From NCBI RefSeq assembly GCF_009914755.1, contig NC_060936.1: 64,000 nucleotides of DNA, one strand, 5' to 3'. The DNA comes from the human T2T-CHM13v2.0 reference genome, Homo sapiens. Shown here piece by piece: positions 28,157 through 43,878 of this stretch. The position numbers were made by a program, and so were the translations under genes. The notes beneath the pieces are model-generated. The model did no database searches. It had not been told where the DNA came from and saw only the letters and a list, made by a program, of their open reading frames with translations. Numbering within the stretch: the first letter of the stretch is position 1; every line of letters starts with the position of its first letter.

Positions 28157-29334
28157 CTGAAAAAGACAAGCAAACAAGGAAGATTACAGACAACACTTGA
28201 CATGGCAGGAAATGTCTAATCCCTCACTGGGGGTTACTGCAGTGATGGAGATGCAAGCCCCTACTCTTGCCCTCTATCCCTTCTACAGCCCCCTTCTCCT
28301 TAGTAATATTTTCTTTGTTCACTCTTTAAGCCATTGCACATAATGTGATTTAAAGTGTTGCTTAGATGAGAAAGAGAAACAATTATTGTTATGTGTTCAT
28401 GCTTTGCTGCTGTTGGTTATGTAAGGGCTATTTTTACAAAGATGGGCACTGCAACATATCATATAATAGTGAGAATGTGAATCCAGCCTTAATATCCAGT
28501 GACAGGGATTGGTTAAATAGATTACGGAACAACCAAACAATAGAATAGTATACAATTGTAAAAACAAACTAACCAATAAACACTGAAGAGATCTAAATGA
28601 ACTCATGAGAAAGTTTTCTAAACAATAAATTTTTCCAGTGAGTAAGACACAAATCTGAATATACAGTATGGTATAAGTGCTTGTAATAAAAGCATTATAT
28701 ATATTTATGTAGCAATATATATTTCAAAAAGTAGATTCCAAAGAGTAAAAGGTGGGGGTTTTGAGAAGGATAGAAGGGAGGAAAGATGAGTTAGGCTCTT
28801 ACTATTTAGCTCTGTACATTTCGGTTCAGTGAGATTAGTTTTTGTTAGCTTAAGCATGTATGACTTTAAATGTAAGTATACTAAAAATGAGATACCATTT
28901 TACAACTGAAAGTTCAAGGACCACTTAGCAGGAATACTGGACCTGAAAGCCTGATGTGAGGCAGGACTGAGCAAAGCATGTTCAGGTGAAAACTTTAAAT
29001 GGGAGTCTGAGTTTGAGGAAAGAAAATAGAGAGAGCCAAAGGGGGAACATGGTTCTATGTCCTCATTGTCAACCCTACTTAAGACATGTAATTTGAAGAT
29101 AGTGATTCTCAAAATCAGAATTGCCTTCAAGAGCTTCTGTAAAACACAGGGTCACAGGGTCTTGATACTCTATACAAGAATATCTGAATAACAATTTTTA
29201 GAAATGTGTTCCAGGACAGGGCAATATTAACAGGTTTTCAGAGGATTCATTGGCACAATGAAGTTGGAGAACTGTAGCAGTTGGAGCCTTTGATGGATAA
29301 TAAACTGGAATCGTACCTGTCATTGAATCCTAGA

Positions 29335-31254
<1,920 letters not shown>

Positions 31255-31313
31255 CTTGCAGGAGGCTCTGGTGTCACTCCCAACTTTGTGCTGGGAGAAA
31301 CGTGTCAGCTCCC

Positions 31314-31319
31314 TTTATA
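31314..31319 (-). promoter_or_regulatory. PRH1: PRH1 TATA box (TATAAA)
   Basis: TTTATAAAGGG on the minus strand ~60 nt upstream of the ATG. Confidence 0.8.
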
Positions 31320-33779
31320 AAGACAAGCAGGACAATGGTGCATTTGAGCTCCCTACCAGGTGGGCCTCCTCGCCTCAGAGACTGGCTTCTGCTTTGCTTA
31401 CTTCAGGTCAAGTGTATCCCTCATTTCTTTTGGGACTCTAGCTCAGCAGGAAGGGTTGGGTAGGATATTGTTTGTGTCTAATTCCTAAAAGGCACAACTA
31501 TGACTTGGACAAATGTTTTGACGGAACTGTGTCCAAGCAGTCGGCACAGTGTCAGGATTGAACTTTAGACATCTTTTGGTTTTCAATCTGTTTGGAAAGA
31601 CTGCTATTCTGCTTTTCACTGTGCTTTTCATTTCTGTGTATGTGAGTTTGTGTGGGTGTGTCGGGGGGTGGACACTGATCCTACAGCTAACAGTGAAGAT
31701 GGTCAATATCTCTGACTGTTTTGATAGCCTCTTTCCATCTCTCATGATGTGTGTGCGTGGATATTTTCACATTTAGCTAAATTTTTCATGTAACAGAGAT
31801 GGTCTTGCTTATCTGTGAGATGTGTGAGGACAGCACACTCCCAGGCACACATATATGAGAGAAAGGTGCTGGCAGCCTGCTCAGGCTACAAGAATTGTCC
31901 AAACTTCTGTGAATCTCACTACACTCAGGCAAGCCTTGGTGCTATACAACACAGGCAAGCTAAAATATTTGTATTTTAAAAATATCTTTAGGGTTTATTA
32001 AAGCAAAACTGAACTCAGAAACCACCAAGGAATTTCTAGACCTGAACAAACTGAATATATGGTTCCCTAAGTGAGCCACACGATGTCATATAGCTAAGAC
32101 CTCCACTTTCTCCAGAATATTCCATAGAATTCATCCTCTACTTTATTTCTTCTAATAAATATTGTAATTGTCATCACTGATAATTAAATGGCCACAATTA
32201 TACATTCATCTAAGATAATTTGTAATACCTGTCCAAGCCTCAATTGCCTTGATTGGTCTTCTGCTTTTACTCAGTAATTATGTCACCTGTTTCATCAGAG
32301 TGTTCTTTCTCACCAAGGATTTTTATCTGTAATATTCCAATACTCATTCTTTCTCATTCTTTTTCTCGCACTTATTTGTTGAAATTTTGTATTCTGAGTC
32401 TACCTTGCCATGTTTACTTTTCGTCCTATATCTTTTTTTTTCTCCCTACAAAGGTGTCCTTTATTTATCCTTCTAAGTAAAGGTGTGTGGTACTCCTCAC
32501 TACCTTTACTTTCATTTTTGTCTGTATAATTTGACAATAAAAAATTAAGTTTCCAAAAAGCCCTGTCAGGGTCCTGGTTTGGTAGCTCTCTCCTCAGCTG
32601 CTGATTGCTCCAAAAATTAAGTTTCCAAAAAGCCCTGTCAGAGTCCTGGTTTTGTCGCTCTCTCCTCAGCTGCTGATTGCTCTGTGATACCTAGAAATTC
32701 CCTGCTCATCAATTCATAAAATATACTACTCAGAATCACCAGCTGCACTTTCCATTTCAGACCTTGAGTAGGTCTTGTGTAATTTTTCACTTTTTGTGCA
32801 TGGTTAGTCTTTATTTGAGGATAGCTTGGTTGGAGGCATGGCTGAGAAGCCAGGTGACAGAAAATCATAAAGACAAGGCCCTAGACAGGTGTGCATGAGT
32901 GGATCCTGTGCTGGGCATATGAGGGTCTGGTATGGCTCTTCTGAAAAGTTGCAGATAATAATACAAGAAGGCTTCCTAGTAGATTAGATTTTGCTACAGA
33001 CGACATTGTTCTTGTAAGGGACCCAGGCAGATTGGTATTTTCCCTGGAATAAATATAGACCTATTTCAGGGGGGAATGCATTCTTAATTGGCAATTCTTC
33101 TCTGGCCCTGTGGGAAGTAGATCAGCTCTAGCTGGGCCGTATGAGTTGTATCTCAGGCACAGAGTAGTTGCTTGAGCCCAGCAGCTCCCAATGCGTTATG
33201 GAGATTATTGTCTCTGGTTTCACCAGGTACTGTTTCCCATAGGACCTGGAGATGAGCAGTCCTGCCTCGGTGACTTCAGGTCAACCATCATGTCAAAAAG
33301 GAAGGTCAGAGAAAAGGAACAAAGAGGAGTGCCAGGCAGATATTGCCTGATGATGTGGGGGACTGAGGAAGCTGCAGGCCTGGTGCAAGACAGGTTTCTC
33401 CTTGGCAGCAGAGTACAGGAAAAGAACAGGAAATCCTCCTAAAGGTCACTCAGCTCAGGCCTGCTCCCTAACCTGCTCCAATGTCAGCAATCAGCGAGAG
33501 ACTAGTGTATCAGGAAAGCATAAATATCAGCTATGCTCTCACTAGACACATCAAAAACAGAGGTAATGGAAGAGCTGAAAGGGACACTGTCTGTGAGTGA
33601 AGGTGGGTGAAAGGGAGACGCAGGACTGCTGCAGGAGCTTGGGTACCTAGAGGTGGGTGGCAGCCCTCAGCACCACACTTGCCTTCTACTATAGATGTTC
33701 ATATTCTGAGGCCCTGAAGGGCCAGTCTTCAACATATGAAATTTTAGGATTCATCTCTCATAACACATCCCAACATTTT

Positions 33780-34140
33780 CTCGGTCACTGACAGGTGTTT
33801 ACCTAGTGGTTCAAAAATCCTCGCTCCCTCCAGGAACTTATGCATTAGCCGATCTAATTGCCTCCACTTTCAAAATACGTCCCAAATATGACCACTTGCC
33901 TGATCTTTACTAGAAGGTGATTGTTCAGCCATGATGCTCTCTCCTGGAGGACTTTACCAGCCTCCAGCTGGTCTTGGTAATGTTCTTCCCCCAGCTCATC
34001 CCATATCAGTTCCCTCACAACAATCAGAGTGATCATTTAAAAGTAGAAATTAGGTTATATCACATTTGTGCTTCAAATCTCCTGTTTTTTCTTCTGCACT
34101 TGTGATAAGATCCAAATTTCATGCCTCAGCTCTTTCACAC
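33780..34140 (-). mobile_element. L2 fragment
   Basis: Resembles the L2 consensus (ctccactttcaaaata…cagagtgatcatttaaaa…). Confidence 0.55.
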
Positions 34141-34478
34141 CCACATGCCTCACTCTTTTTTGAAAACCAGGAAGCTCTCTGAATGGAACAGAAAGTAGAA
34201 TCTTCTTCGACTTCACCATGCTCTAGTTTGCCTGGAACACTAAAGATGGTTTGCCAGGAAAGATGAACATTGACAGAGGGAATAAACTTCTCTGAGAGTC
34301 AGTGAGTTTCATTGGGTCGCTGTGGTCTGGCAGTGTTATGAATTGGCAGAATTATTCTATTAATTGCACCAACTAAGCATTCTGATAATACAGTTAGCAA
34401 ATAAACACAATAGTCTCTGAGACTTCAACTTGCTTTGACTTGTCTAAAAAGTTTGGTGACACTATTATGGCCAATTAA

Positions 34479-34762
<284 letters not shown>

Positions 34763-35049
34763 TTATACCTAAAGAAATTAAGTCACATGGCTAGGGTCAC
34801 TGTAGTAAATGAGGAAAAATTAAGTTGATTTTCTCTTCTCTTTGTAATTCCAGTTTAACCGGATGTTGTCGATGTTGTTTTCAATTTAGAAAATATAGCA
34901 AATTGTTCATTAGCCATGAGTATCACTCTGCTATCCACCACTTTCTAAGAAGGCGCTTATTTTAGAACAAGGCTAACACTAAATTACAGGAAATTAAGTA
35001 ATTGTGGCAAACTAGAGAAGCATAGTATGTATAATAGGTCTTACTCAGT

Positions 35050-35390
35050 TAGATCCACCTGTCAAGGCTGAGTCCCTTTCTGGAGTCTCTAGAGAAGCAC
35101 CCATTTTTTGTCCACATTCCTTGGCCTTCTTCCATCTTCAATGCCAGCAATAGCCACTTGAGCCTCCCATCACATAGCATCACGTCGCCCTTGCACTGAC
35201 TCTTCTGCCTCCCTCTTCTGCAGTTAATGACCTTATGGTTACATTGAGTCCACCTAGATAATCCAGGATAACCTTTCTAAATTCAGGTCAATTGATTCGC
35301 AAATGTAATTTCCCTTTGTCATGTAAGTTAATATATTCACTTGTCTGAGAATTAGGAAGTGTGTGACTTTGGGAGACTGTTAATCTTCAT
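35050..35390 (-). mobile_element. MLT1 MaLR LTR fragment
   Basis: MLT1-like ccatcttcaatgccagcaa…acattgagtccacctagataatccaggataa. Confidence 0.65.
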
Positions 35391-35544
35391 AGAACACACA
35401 GGATGGACACCTTACCCATCTAGACCTGGTTTGGCTCAGTGAGAGTTGGAGAGACTCACCCAGGCTTCTTCCAGATATTTGCATGAGAATATGAATGAGT
35501 TTATGTATAATTAGTTGTTATACAAATATTTGTGACTTAAAGTA

Positions 35545-37424
35545 TATATCTATGCAAAAGCGTAAATCACAAACTGAGATGGCAAAAATTTACTTTCAAT
35601 AACCATTGACACTTAATGCATTTTTTGATATTTTAGAGCTGTCATATTTTTTGTTTTTTATTTATACTACTTTTGATTGTTTTCTTTTTCCTGATCTCCT
35701 ATGGGGCCACTGAAAGTGTTTTATAATTCTATTTTAGTTGATCCGTATAATTTTTGAGTGTATCTCTCTGAACAGTGTTTTTAGTGATTCTTCTATGTTT
35801 TACTTTACATGTACATAGCTTATAATCTAGTGGTGTACACTTTTTACCAGTTTTAGTGAAGTATGGAAACCTTACATCCCTTTATAATTTTTAGGTCAAA
35901 ATGAATTTATTATTTTTCAGTTTTGTAGGTCAGAAATCTGAACTGAGGTTCACTGAGTTAAATCCATGTGTCAAGGCTGAGTTTCCTCCTAGAGGCTCTA
36001 GAGAAGAATGTCATTTTTCCACATTTCCTGTCTCTCTTCCATCTTCAATGCTAGCAATGGCTGGTTAAAACATATGAAGAAAACTCAAGTGAAAAAGGAA
36101 GATATATTGTGTTTGCCCACTTTCCCCCTTTCTGTTATTTTTACTTCATTCTTGATGTTCCACAAATTTCTCTTCTATTCTTTCCTTTATGTTTAGAGAA
36201 CTTCATTTGGCTATTATTTAAAGATAGGTTTGTTGGAAAGAAATTCTCCTAGGTTTCTAGCTTTTCTTTTTTTCTTAGAATGCCTGGATTTCCTTTACAT
36301 TAATGAAGGATATTTTTATTGAACATAAACATCTGGTAGACCATTTCTACTTTTGAGCACTTTAAATATTTGTGCTCCTTTCTACTGTTATTTCTGGTTT
36401 CTGGTGATAATAACCACTATTATTTATATTGCATTTTCCCTATAACTATGATGTCATTTCCTTCTTTCTGCTTTCAATATTTTGTCTTTAATTTTCAGAA
36501 ATTGGACAATGAATTTTCCTGGAATGGATTTCATTGGTTGTATTCTGGTTGGGATTTGCTCAGCTTCTTGAATCTGTAGGTTTATGCTCTTTGCTGTGTT
36601 TGGAAAATTTTTGATCATTATTTCTCTGAGTCCTTTTTCAACATCAACCTCTTCTGCTTTTCTGAAACTCAGAATGCATGAATAGTACATCATTTGTTAT
36701 AGCCTTTCATATTCATGATATGATGTATAATTTTTTCAATTATTTTACCCTGTATTGTTTAGAGTATATAATTTCTATTGATCCAACCTCAAGAACACTG
36801 TCTTTCCTCCATCATTTTCTTTATGCTATTTATCATGCCCAATAAAGGTTTTTTAAGACATTATATTTTTCATTTCTAAAATATCTGTTTTCTTAATTTA
36901 TAATTTATAATTCCTATTTTTCTGCTGACAAGTTTTTCCTTTCCATTCATTTTGAGTGTCTACCTTGACCTCATGAAGGATGGGTACAACAGCTCCTGTA
37001 AAGTCTTTGGTCATTTTAATATCTAAGTAATTTCAAGGTTGTAATTTCTTGATTGTTTCATTCCTTGAGAAATGGTCGATTTTTTGTGAGTTGTTTTGAG
37101 TACATTGAGTAATTTTCTGTTTTATCTTGCACAGAGGGATTTTCTCTTTTTGCAATACACAAAAAGCCCAATAAGGGTAGGTTCGGACATTGGAGGGTGA
37201 AGGCACTCATGGTAAATTATGCTCCACCAACTGGCTCAAATGGCCAGGGAGTTTGTCCCACTAACATTTTTGGTGGTTTTCCCTGGGTCAATCTCTCTGG
37301 CACTTATGAGATAATATTTTAAGTATTTAATATCACACCATACATACAGATATAAAGACAATAAAAAGCAGTGCATCGAATGGGTCCAAAGGGCCCTATC
37401 CACAAAGTCTTCCTAACTTTGGTG

Positions 37425-37456
<32 letters not shown>

Positions 37457-38550
37457 CACTGTTTGTTCAATCCTCATCAGTTGAACTCAGGCACTTCTTT
37501 TTCCTTTTTCTTTCTAAACCTGCTTGTTAGAGGCTGTCACAGTAGCCAGAAGGCCCTGCTATCTTCTATTTGAGTATTTATAGAATGCAGGAAAAAAGAG
37601 GGTAAACTATAAAGAACGACTGTAGGCCTCCCCGGTGCAGTGGCTCATGCCTGTAATATCAGTACTTGGAGAGGCAGAGGTGGGAGGACTGCTTAAGGCC
37701 AGGAGTTCTAGACCAGCCTGGGTGACATAGTGAGACTCCTCTGTCTTTACAAAACACTAAAAAATTATCCAGGCATGATGGTGTGTGCCTGTTGTCCTAG
37801 TCATTTGGGTGGCTGAGGTGGGAGGAAAAGAAGGGAAGGAAAGAGGAGGGGATGGGAGGGGAGGGGAGGGTTGGCTTTTTTTTTTTCCTCTTGGCTTCTT
37901 GCCCTTCTTTCTAGTGCACCTCCCAGTAGGGTCTCTTTTGTATTTCCTCACATGCTATTGTCCTCCATCCCTCAGCACCCCTTCCCCCAACCCCCAGAAC
38001 CAAGTAGAATGGTGATTTGTGCACATATATCCAACAGGGCTATACTAATTTGAGTCCCTACTCTCCTTGAAGCTTTGCAATATGTTGGGATGGTTCTGTA
38101 GGGTCTTTGGTGTCCCTTGGGTCAGGAAGATCTCAGGCCCAGCCCGAATCCCTAAAGCAATTGACATCAGAATAGAGGTAAAGAAGTTATCAGGGAAATA
38201 TAGAGAAAGTGTCTTCAGGCCAGTATGCAAGACACATTTACTTTCAAATAAGCATTATTGCCACTACTCGGTGGTTAACTGAATAAGCATCTGAATGTAA
38301 CAACTTTGGGAGATCCTTAATCTTTTCACCTTTCCACCAAAGGCCTGTAACAACTTTGGGAGATCTTTAATCTGTCTACCTAATGTTATCTGGAGAAGAC
38401 AGCTAAATCTAAAAGTGTCATTTGGAAGTCTGTTTCAGTTCTACCAGTGGTACTCAATTTTCAACCACTTCCCAATCCTCCTCATTAATGAGCAACATAA
38501 TAGAAGAATATTTATTTACCAATTACAAACATTTTAGTCAACATGTTAGC
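35545..38550 (+). repeat. Diverged duplicated block, copy B (PRH1 5' flank)
   Basis: Colinear with 20120-23295. Confidence 0.85.
37625..37826 (+). mobile_element. Old Alu (AluJ-like), right arm truncated
   Basis: Same insertion site as the Alu at 22295 in the paralogous block. Confidence 0.8.
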
Positions 38551-40129
38551 TACCAGTTCCCATGGACTTTCAGCAAATCCTATTAATCAGCTTGTAGGAT
38601 CCTTCACTTTCTCCTCAGAAGGCCAGGTCTTTGGGCTGTGTTCCATCCTCGTTGCCAAAATTATTATAAGCTAACAACTTAGCTTGTCACTTGTTGTACT
38701 TGCAGAAGGCAAAAGATGGTTTATTATTCACTGAAGTACTAGCAGTAGTCAGAGGAATATCATCGTACTATTTCTTCAAGCTTCAGTCCCCTCACAGGGA
38801 TAAGATGAGAAACTGATGTTACATGTGCAAGTAGTGGTGTCTATCAAAAGAGAAATCTCAAAATTAGGAAACTCCAGTCTTAAAAACTTTGATCACTGTG
38901 AGTAACCTGTCCATCTTGCCTTCTGAAGAAGAAGCTTTACACTGGAATGTAAGCAAATATCTCTGGAGAGAAGAAGAAGAAGAGAAGAGTCTTTATCTTT
39001 AAACAAATCTGCCTTCTGACCAAGAGGGATACCCTATTTCTAAATCCCAAGGCTCTTTGCCATGACCTGGTCTTGGGCAAAGTGAACGAGACTCCTAGGG
39101 CACAAAACGTAAAAAGGCATTCAATAGGTTGCAGGGCCCTAAAACCAAGTGGCTCCTCAAACTTTGCACCCTGCATGCCTTGCTCACCTGATCCTAGTTG
39201 AGGCCCTTCTGTTTGCTCATCAAACATACTGTTTGCTCACAAGATAAGAGCTAGACCATGCAGAAGTGCAATACATTCATGGAGAATTTTTTTCCCAACA
39301 TCCATTCCCAAGATCAAGGTTACACAGTTGCCAAAGATTGTAGAGTATTCTGAATATATCATCTATTTTCTTCCTGGACAGAACTAAATCCATCAGAAGT
39401 AACTTTTTTAAAAAATGTTTCTTTCTTTTGCATACAATTTGTTTTTATTTTAGATTAAGAGATGAGTCCAGAGGTAAGGGGGACAGGAGAACTGTGACAT
39501 CAGGGATGACACTACCCTTTGAGAGCACTGGAGCAGTTAGAAAGGATTGAAAGTGAATAATCTTATTTCATAAGGGGTATGTCATTTTATGATTCAAATT
39601 AAGTCTGTGATTATCACTTAGCAAAATTGCTAAAATCATTATCAGAATATCCCATATCATGATAGGAGGAAGAAAAAGAAGTAAAATCTAAAATTGTTAT
39701 GGAGGTAAATAGAAGACTGCCATAAACAAGCTATCTACAGAATTATGGGGCTTAGGAATTCACAGTACCCTATAAACAAGAACACAGCTTTGAGAATTTC
39801 TATACTCTAATTTTTAAAAATGAAGTATATTTTGTGAATTTTTCACCCACAAATTATTTTAACTGGAAGCCATCACAGCTCATTAATCAGCAATTGGTGA
39901 AGGACTAAAGCAGCCCAAATCATTCCTGTCTCAAAGTAAGGCCTGCTTGTAAGCAAGTGTGAACTGGGGATGTATGTGCAGAAATCAGAGCCTAAGTATG
40001 GTAAGCTGGACATTTCAGAGATAAGGAAGGCAGCTGGTGTGTGTGAAATCTTATATCAATAACTGATTTTATTTTTTCAGTCCTAATTGCTATTATGGAA
40101 TTTGTGCTTTTCATTATTACATCTTCACA

Positions 40130-40608
40130 AAGCATGATTTTTAACTTTAGAACAATTTACATTTTATGCTGGATAATTCTGTTGTGAGGGACTGTCATGT
40201 GCATTGTGAGATATTGAGCAGCATCCTTGTCCTCGTACAGTTATCAGGTAAAATACAGAGTGTGTCAGTTCAATTTGAATTTCAAATAAGCAACAAATAA
40301 TTGTCATTGTCTGTGTATCCAATTATCAATGCTGCAGGTCTGTAATTGGTCCTCCATAGCACACTTACATTATGATGTAAACTCATATTATGGTTATCAC
40401 AAGTAATACTTATTTATAAATTTATTCTTGTTGTTTTTTCTTTTGTCTGAAATGTAAATTTAACTAGGCCTCCTATATTTTTATTTGCTTAATCTGTTAA
40501 CATTACAATAGATGCCAGCAGCATCCGTCCAATTTTAACTGAAATGTCTCCAGGCATTATTAAATGTCCCCTAGGGGGGCAAAATTGCCCTGTGTGGAGA
40601 ACCACTGT
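40130..40608. mobile_element. MER20-like hAT fossil with a nested MER53-like element (~40238-40501)
   Basis: MER20-like halves (ggataattct…gcagcatcc / tagatgccagcagca…gagaaccactg) separated by an element with inverted ends. Confidence 0.65.
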
Positions 40609-41970
40609 CCTAAAGGGATTTCATCCTTTGCACATGGAAATCTCGTGGTCTATTCTCTGGATATTTTAATTTTATTCACACATTTAAAATTTCGTTTTAG
40701 GCCTGCAATGTCCAGGTTATTTTTCTAGGGTTTACTTTTTGTTCTATCGATTACCATATAATTAACTTTTTAAAATACTTTCTGCAATGTTGAAAATTTG
40801 TCTTTTGTCTTTACTGCTGAAAATTATATTATTTGCTTGCAATATGTTCTTTTTTTTCTTAGAGAGAACGTAATTGTTCTTCAAAATCTGCTTCCAATTA
40901 TTTCATTTTAAATATTTATTACTGTTACCTTAAACTTGCGATTGTGTTCTTTTATTTAACCTGCTATTTTTACATGCTTTCTCATTACATTTTTAAGAGG
41001 AGACGTTCTTATTAAATTCAATTCTGTAAACTGATTGGTTATCCCTGATTTGTTTTTCTTTTCAAAACTTTATTTATTTTTCTTTCTTTACACAGTGACT
41101 TTCATCAAATGAGATCCTGTATTTGTTACTATCGTCTTGGTCTTCTATATTTTTATTTACTAAACCTGGTAACTCTACACTAGATGCCAGCAGCAGTCCT
41201 CCAATTTTGCTTACTTAAAATCTTACTGATTTTTTAATACGTGTCCTTGCCTTCCTTACACAGTTAACCAATTGAGTAAAATTTTATTGTTAGTCCAAAG
41301 ATTCAGATTCTACAGTACAAGTCTGTTGTAGATGGTCAAGATTGTAACATTTTTGATGGTCAAAGTTGCTTAGTGTTTTTAACTGAAAATGACTGAAAAT
41401 ATTAACAGAATAGGGCTTATATTTGGAAATAACTCTTAGTGATGTACATTTCAATTGACTTTGTTTCATATCCTCAAAGTTTTCACTAAGCTGTAGACTC
41501 TACTAACTATTTTCATTTGAGTTTTCCTTTCTAGTTTTAAATTATCAATTGATCATCATTTTTAGGATAGGAACTAAATCCCTATGTGTTTGTACATATA
41601 AATCTGATTTTATATACACTCTATACACATACATAGATATTATAATTCTTGATGTATTTCTATTCTATTCTAATGCTTATGCAACATATTAATAAAATTT
41701 AAAGATAGAGTAATCTATTATATTGATCACAGTGCCTAATGAAAAATGCATTTTCAATATATTAGAATTTTACTATTAAATACATAATCTCCATATATGG
41801 TGCAAACAAGGTAGCAATCTGTTCTGCTTAATTTAAATCAGCAAGTATTTTCAATAATGCTCAATATATCATAGAACATAATGAGAAAATAAGAGGTAGG
41901 TGAAAGAAACAAATGTGTAGCCCTCCTGTTCTTCTTCCTTTTTTTCTTTCTGAGAATATCATCACTCATA

Positions 41971-42918
41971 TCAGGCATGTTTATAAAAATGAGAGATTAT
42001 GTCCTTTTTGGCATACTTCATCTTCTTCAGGACACAGAGAGAAGCTTGCTTCAGTTTGCTGTCCCGTAAAATTAGAAGAAATGAATGGCCAGATGGATGG
42101 AAAAATACCAGCACACTACTAAAAGTCCTTGCCGCAACGAAGTCTAGAAGAGGACAGGCCAATGTTAGTATGATACTGATGAAATAATGCACAATAAAGA
42201 GGAGTAGAAATGAAATTATAGCTTTTATAGGTTTTACATGGGCTTCTGTGCTGGGATCCCTGGAATAAATACCATGTAGCTTCATCTGCCTGGTGTGGCT
42301 CCATAAGGAGAGGATTAAGAGAAGAATGGAAGCCAGTGTTTCCACAAAAGGAAGGATGAACATCATCTGAAGGAGAAACAGAGAAGTGAAATCATGCATG
42401 GTATCCATATAATTAAATGTCAAGTTGCCTTTTATTGTTACCCGTTCTTAGATTAAACTATTAATTATTATTTCCTTCAGAATGGAAGTTGTGCAGAAAG
42501 AGATCGTTGCCTCTAGTACAATAAAGAGAAGCACCTTGTGAATTTTCCATTTCATCCAGAGGAAAATGGGATTGGAGAAGTTGGCTACCTTGAGGAAATA
42601 GAAGACACTGAGGCAAGTGGTACAGGACAGGCAGAAATAGCTGGATCCTGTCCAGAGAATGTCAAAACTTACTGCAAGATTCTTAGAATCAGGCATTTTC
42701 TCATAGCCTATATTGAAAGAGGTAGCTAAAATTGTTATCTACAGGAAACATATCCTGGAGATGGCCAAGCAGTTGAGAATAAAATCAATCAGGGAGACCT
42801 TTCAGTTCCTGATTCAGTCAATGATATTAACCAATACAATGAATCAATTTCCCACAGTCCCCATTATGAATTACACTACAAGAATTCTTATAAACAGTGT
42901 CTCCCAAATGCTTGACAT
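41971..42918 (-). pseudogene. TAS2R12P: Bitter taste receptor pseudogene, 316 codons, six in-frame premature stops
   Basis: Single frame from ATG 42918 with TAS2R motifs (GN*FIVLVN, LAISRI, FYFLKVANFSNPIFLWMKWK, N-L-T sequon, HTRQMKL..SRDPSTEAH, PSGHSFLLIL). Symbol is inferred from its position between PRH1 and TAS2R13. Confidence 0.9.
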
Positions 42919-43219
42919 GCCTCTACATAGTGAATCTCTGCCTTCAATACACCATTGGCTGATTGATCCTAGCTGCACTGTTATAGATTTATATATCCAA
43001 AGGAGTGACTTCTTTCTGTTTTATTGATGGCCATTGGTGTAGTCTGGAGAGATCCAAGGTGTGTTCTAAAATTAGATTTCAACTAAATTGTAAAATATAC
43101 AAGTTTTTTTCCCTTGAGGGTATCAGCTAGTGATTTTCAAGGCAAATATTATATTCCCTGCTACTATTGACTCTGGTTGTATTTTACATGGAAAGTTCTG
43201 CATTCAAATTTGAACCCTC

Positions 43220-43237
43220 ATTTGTTAACATGCAAAA
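43220..43237. promoter_or_regulatory. Degenerate octamer-type element upstream of TAS2R12P (ATTTGTTAacATGCAAAA)
   Basis: Aligns with the TAS2R13 motif; 312 vs 314 bp from the respective ATGs. Confidence 0.4.
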
Positions 43238-43431
43238 TTGAAGTAGATTCTCCTTTATAGTTTTACAATGCCATCTTTTGCTTAAAGGTTATTCATTTGT
43301 ATGATGTATCCCTTTGATTCATCTACCACCCTGGGCTAGAAATTCTAAGCCCCCATATAGAAAAATGCAGTATATATTTAGAGTTTATGATCAGCATATT
43401 TCTTCATTATCAACCTCACTAATGCAGATTA

Positions 43432-43878
<447 letters not shown>

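Noticed and set aside
38560-39300. Possible old LTR element
   Set aside because: Composition is suggestive, but I could not recognise a family or its ends.
41971-42696. Two TAS2R-like ORFs (150 aa and 82 aa) as separate genes
   Set aside because: They are same-frame fragments of one pseudogene.
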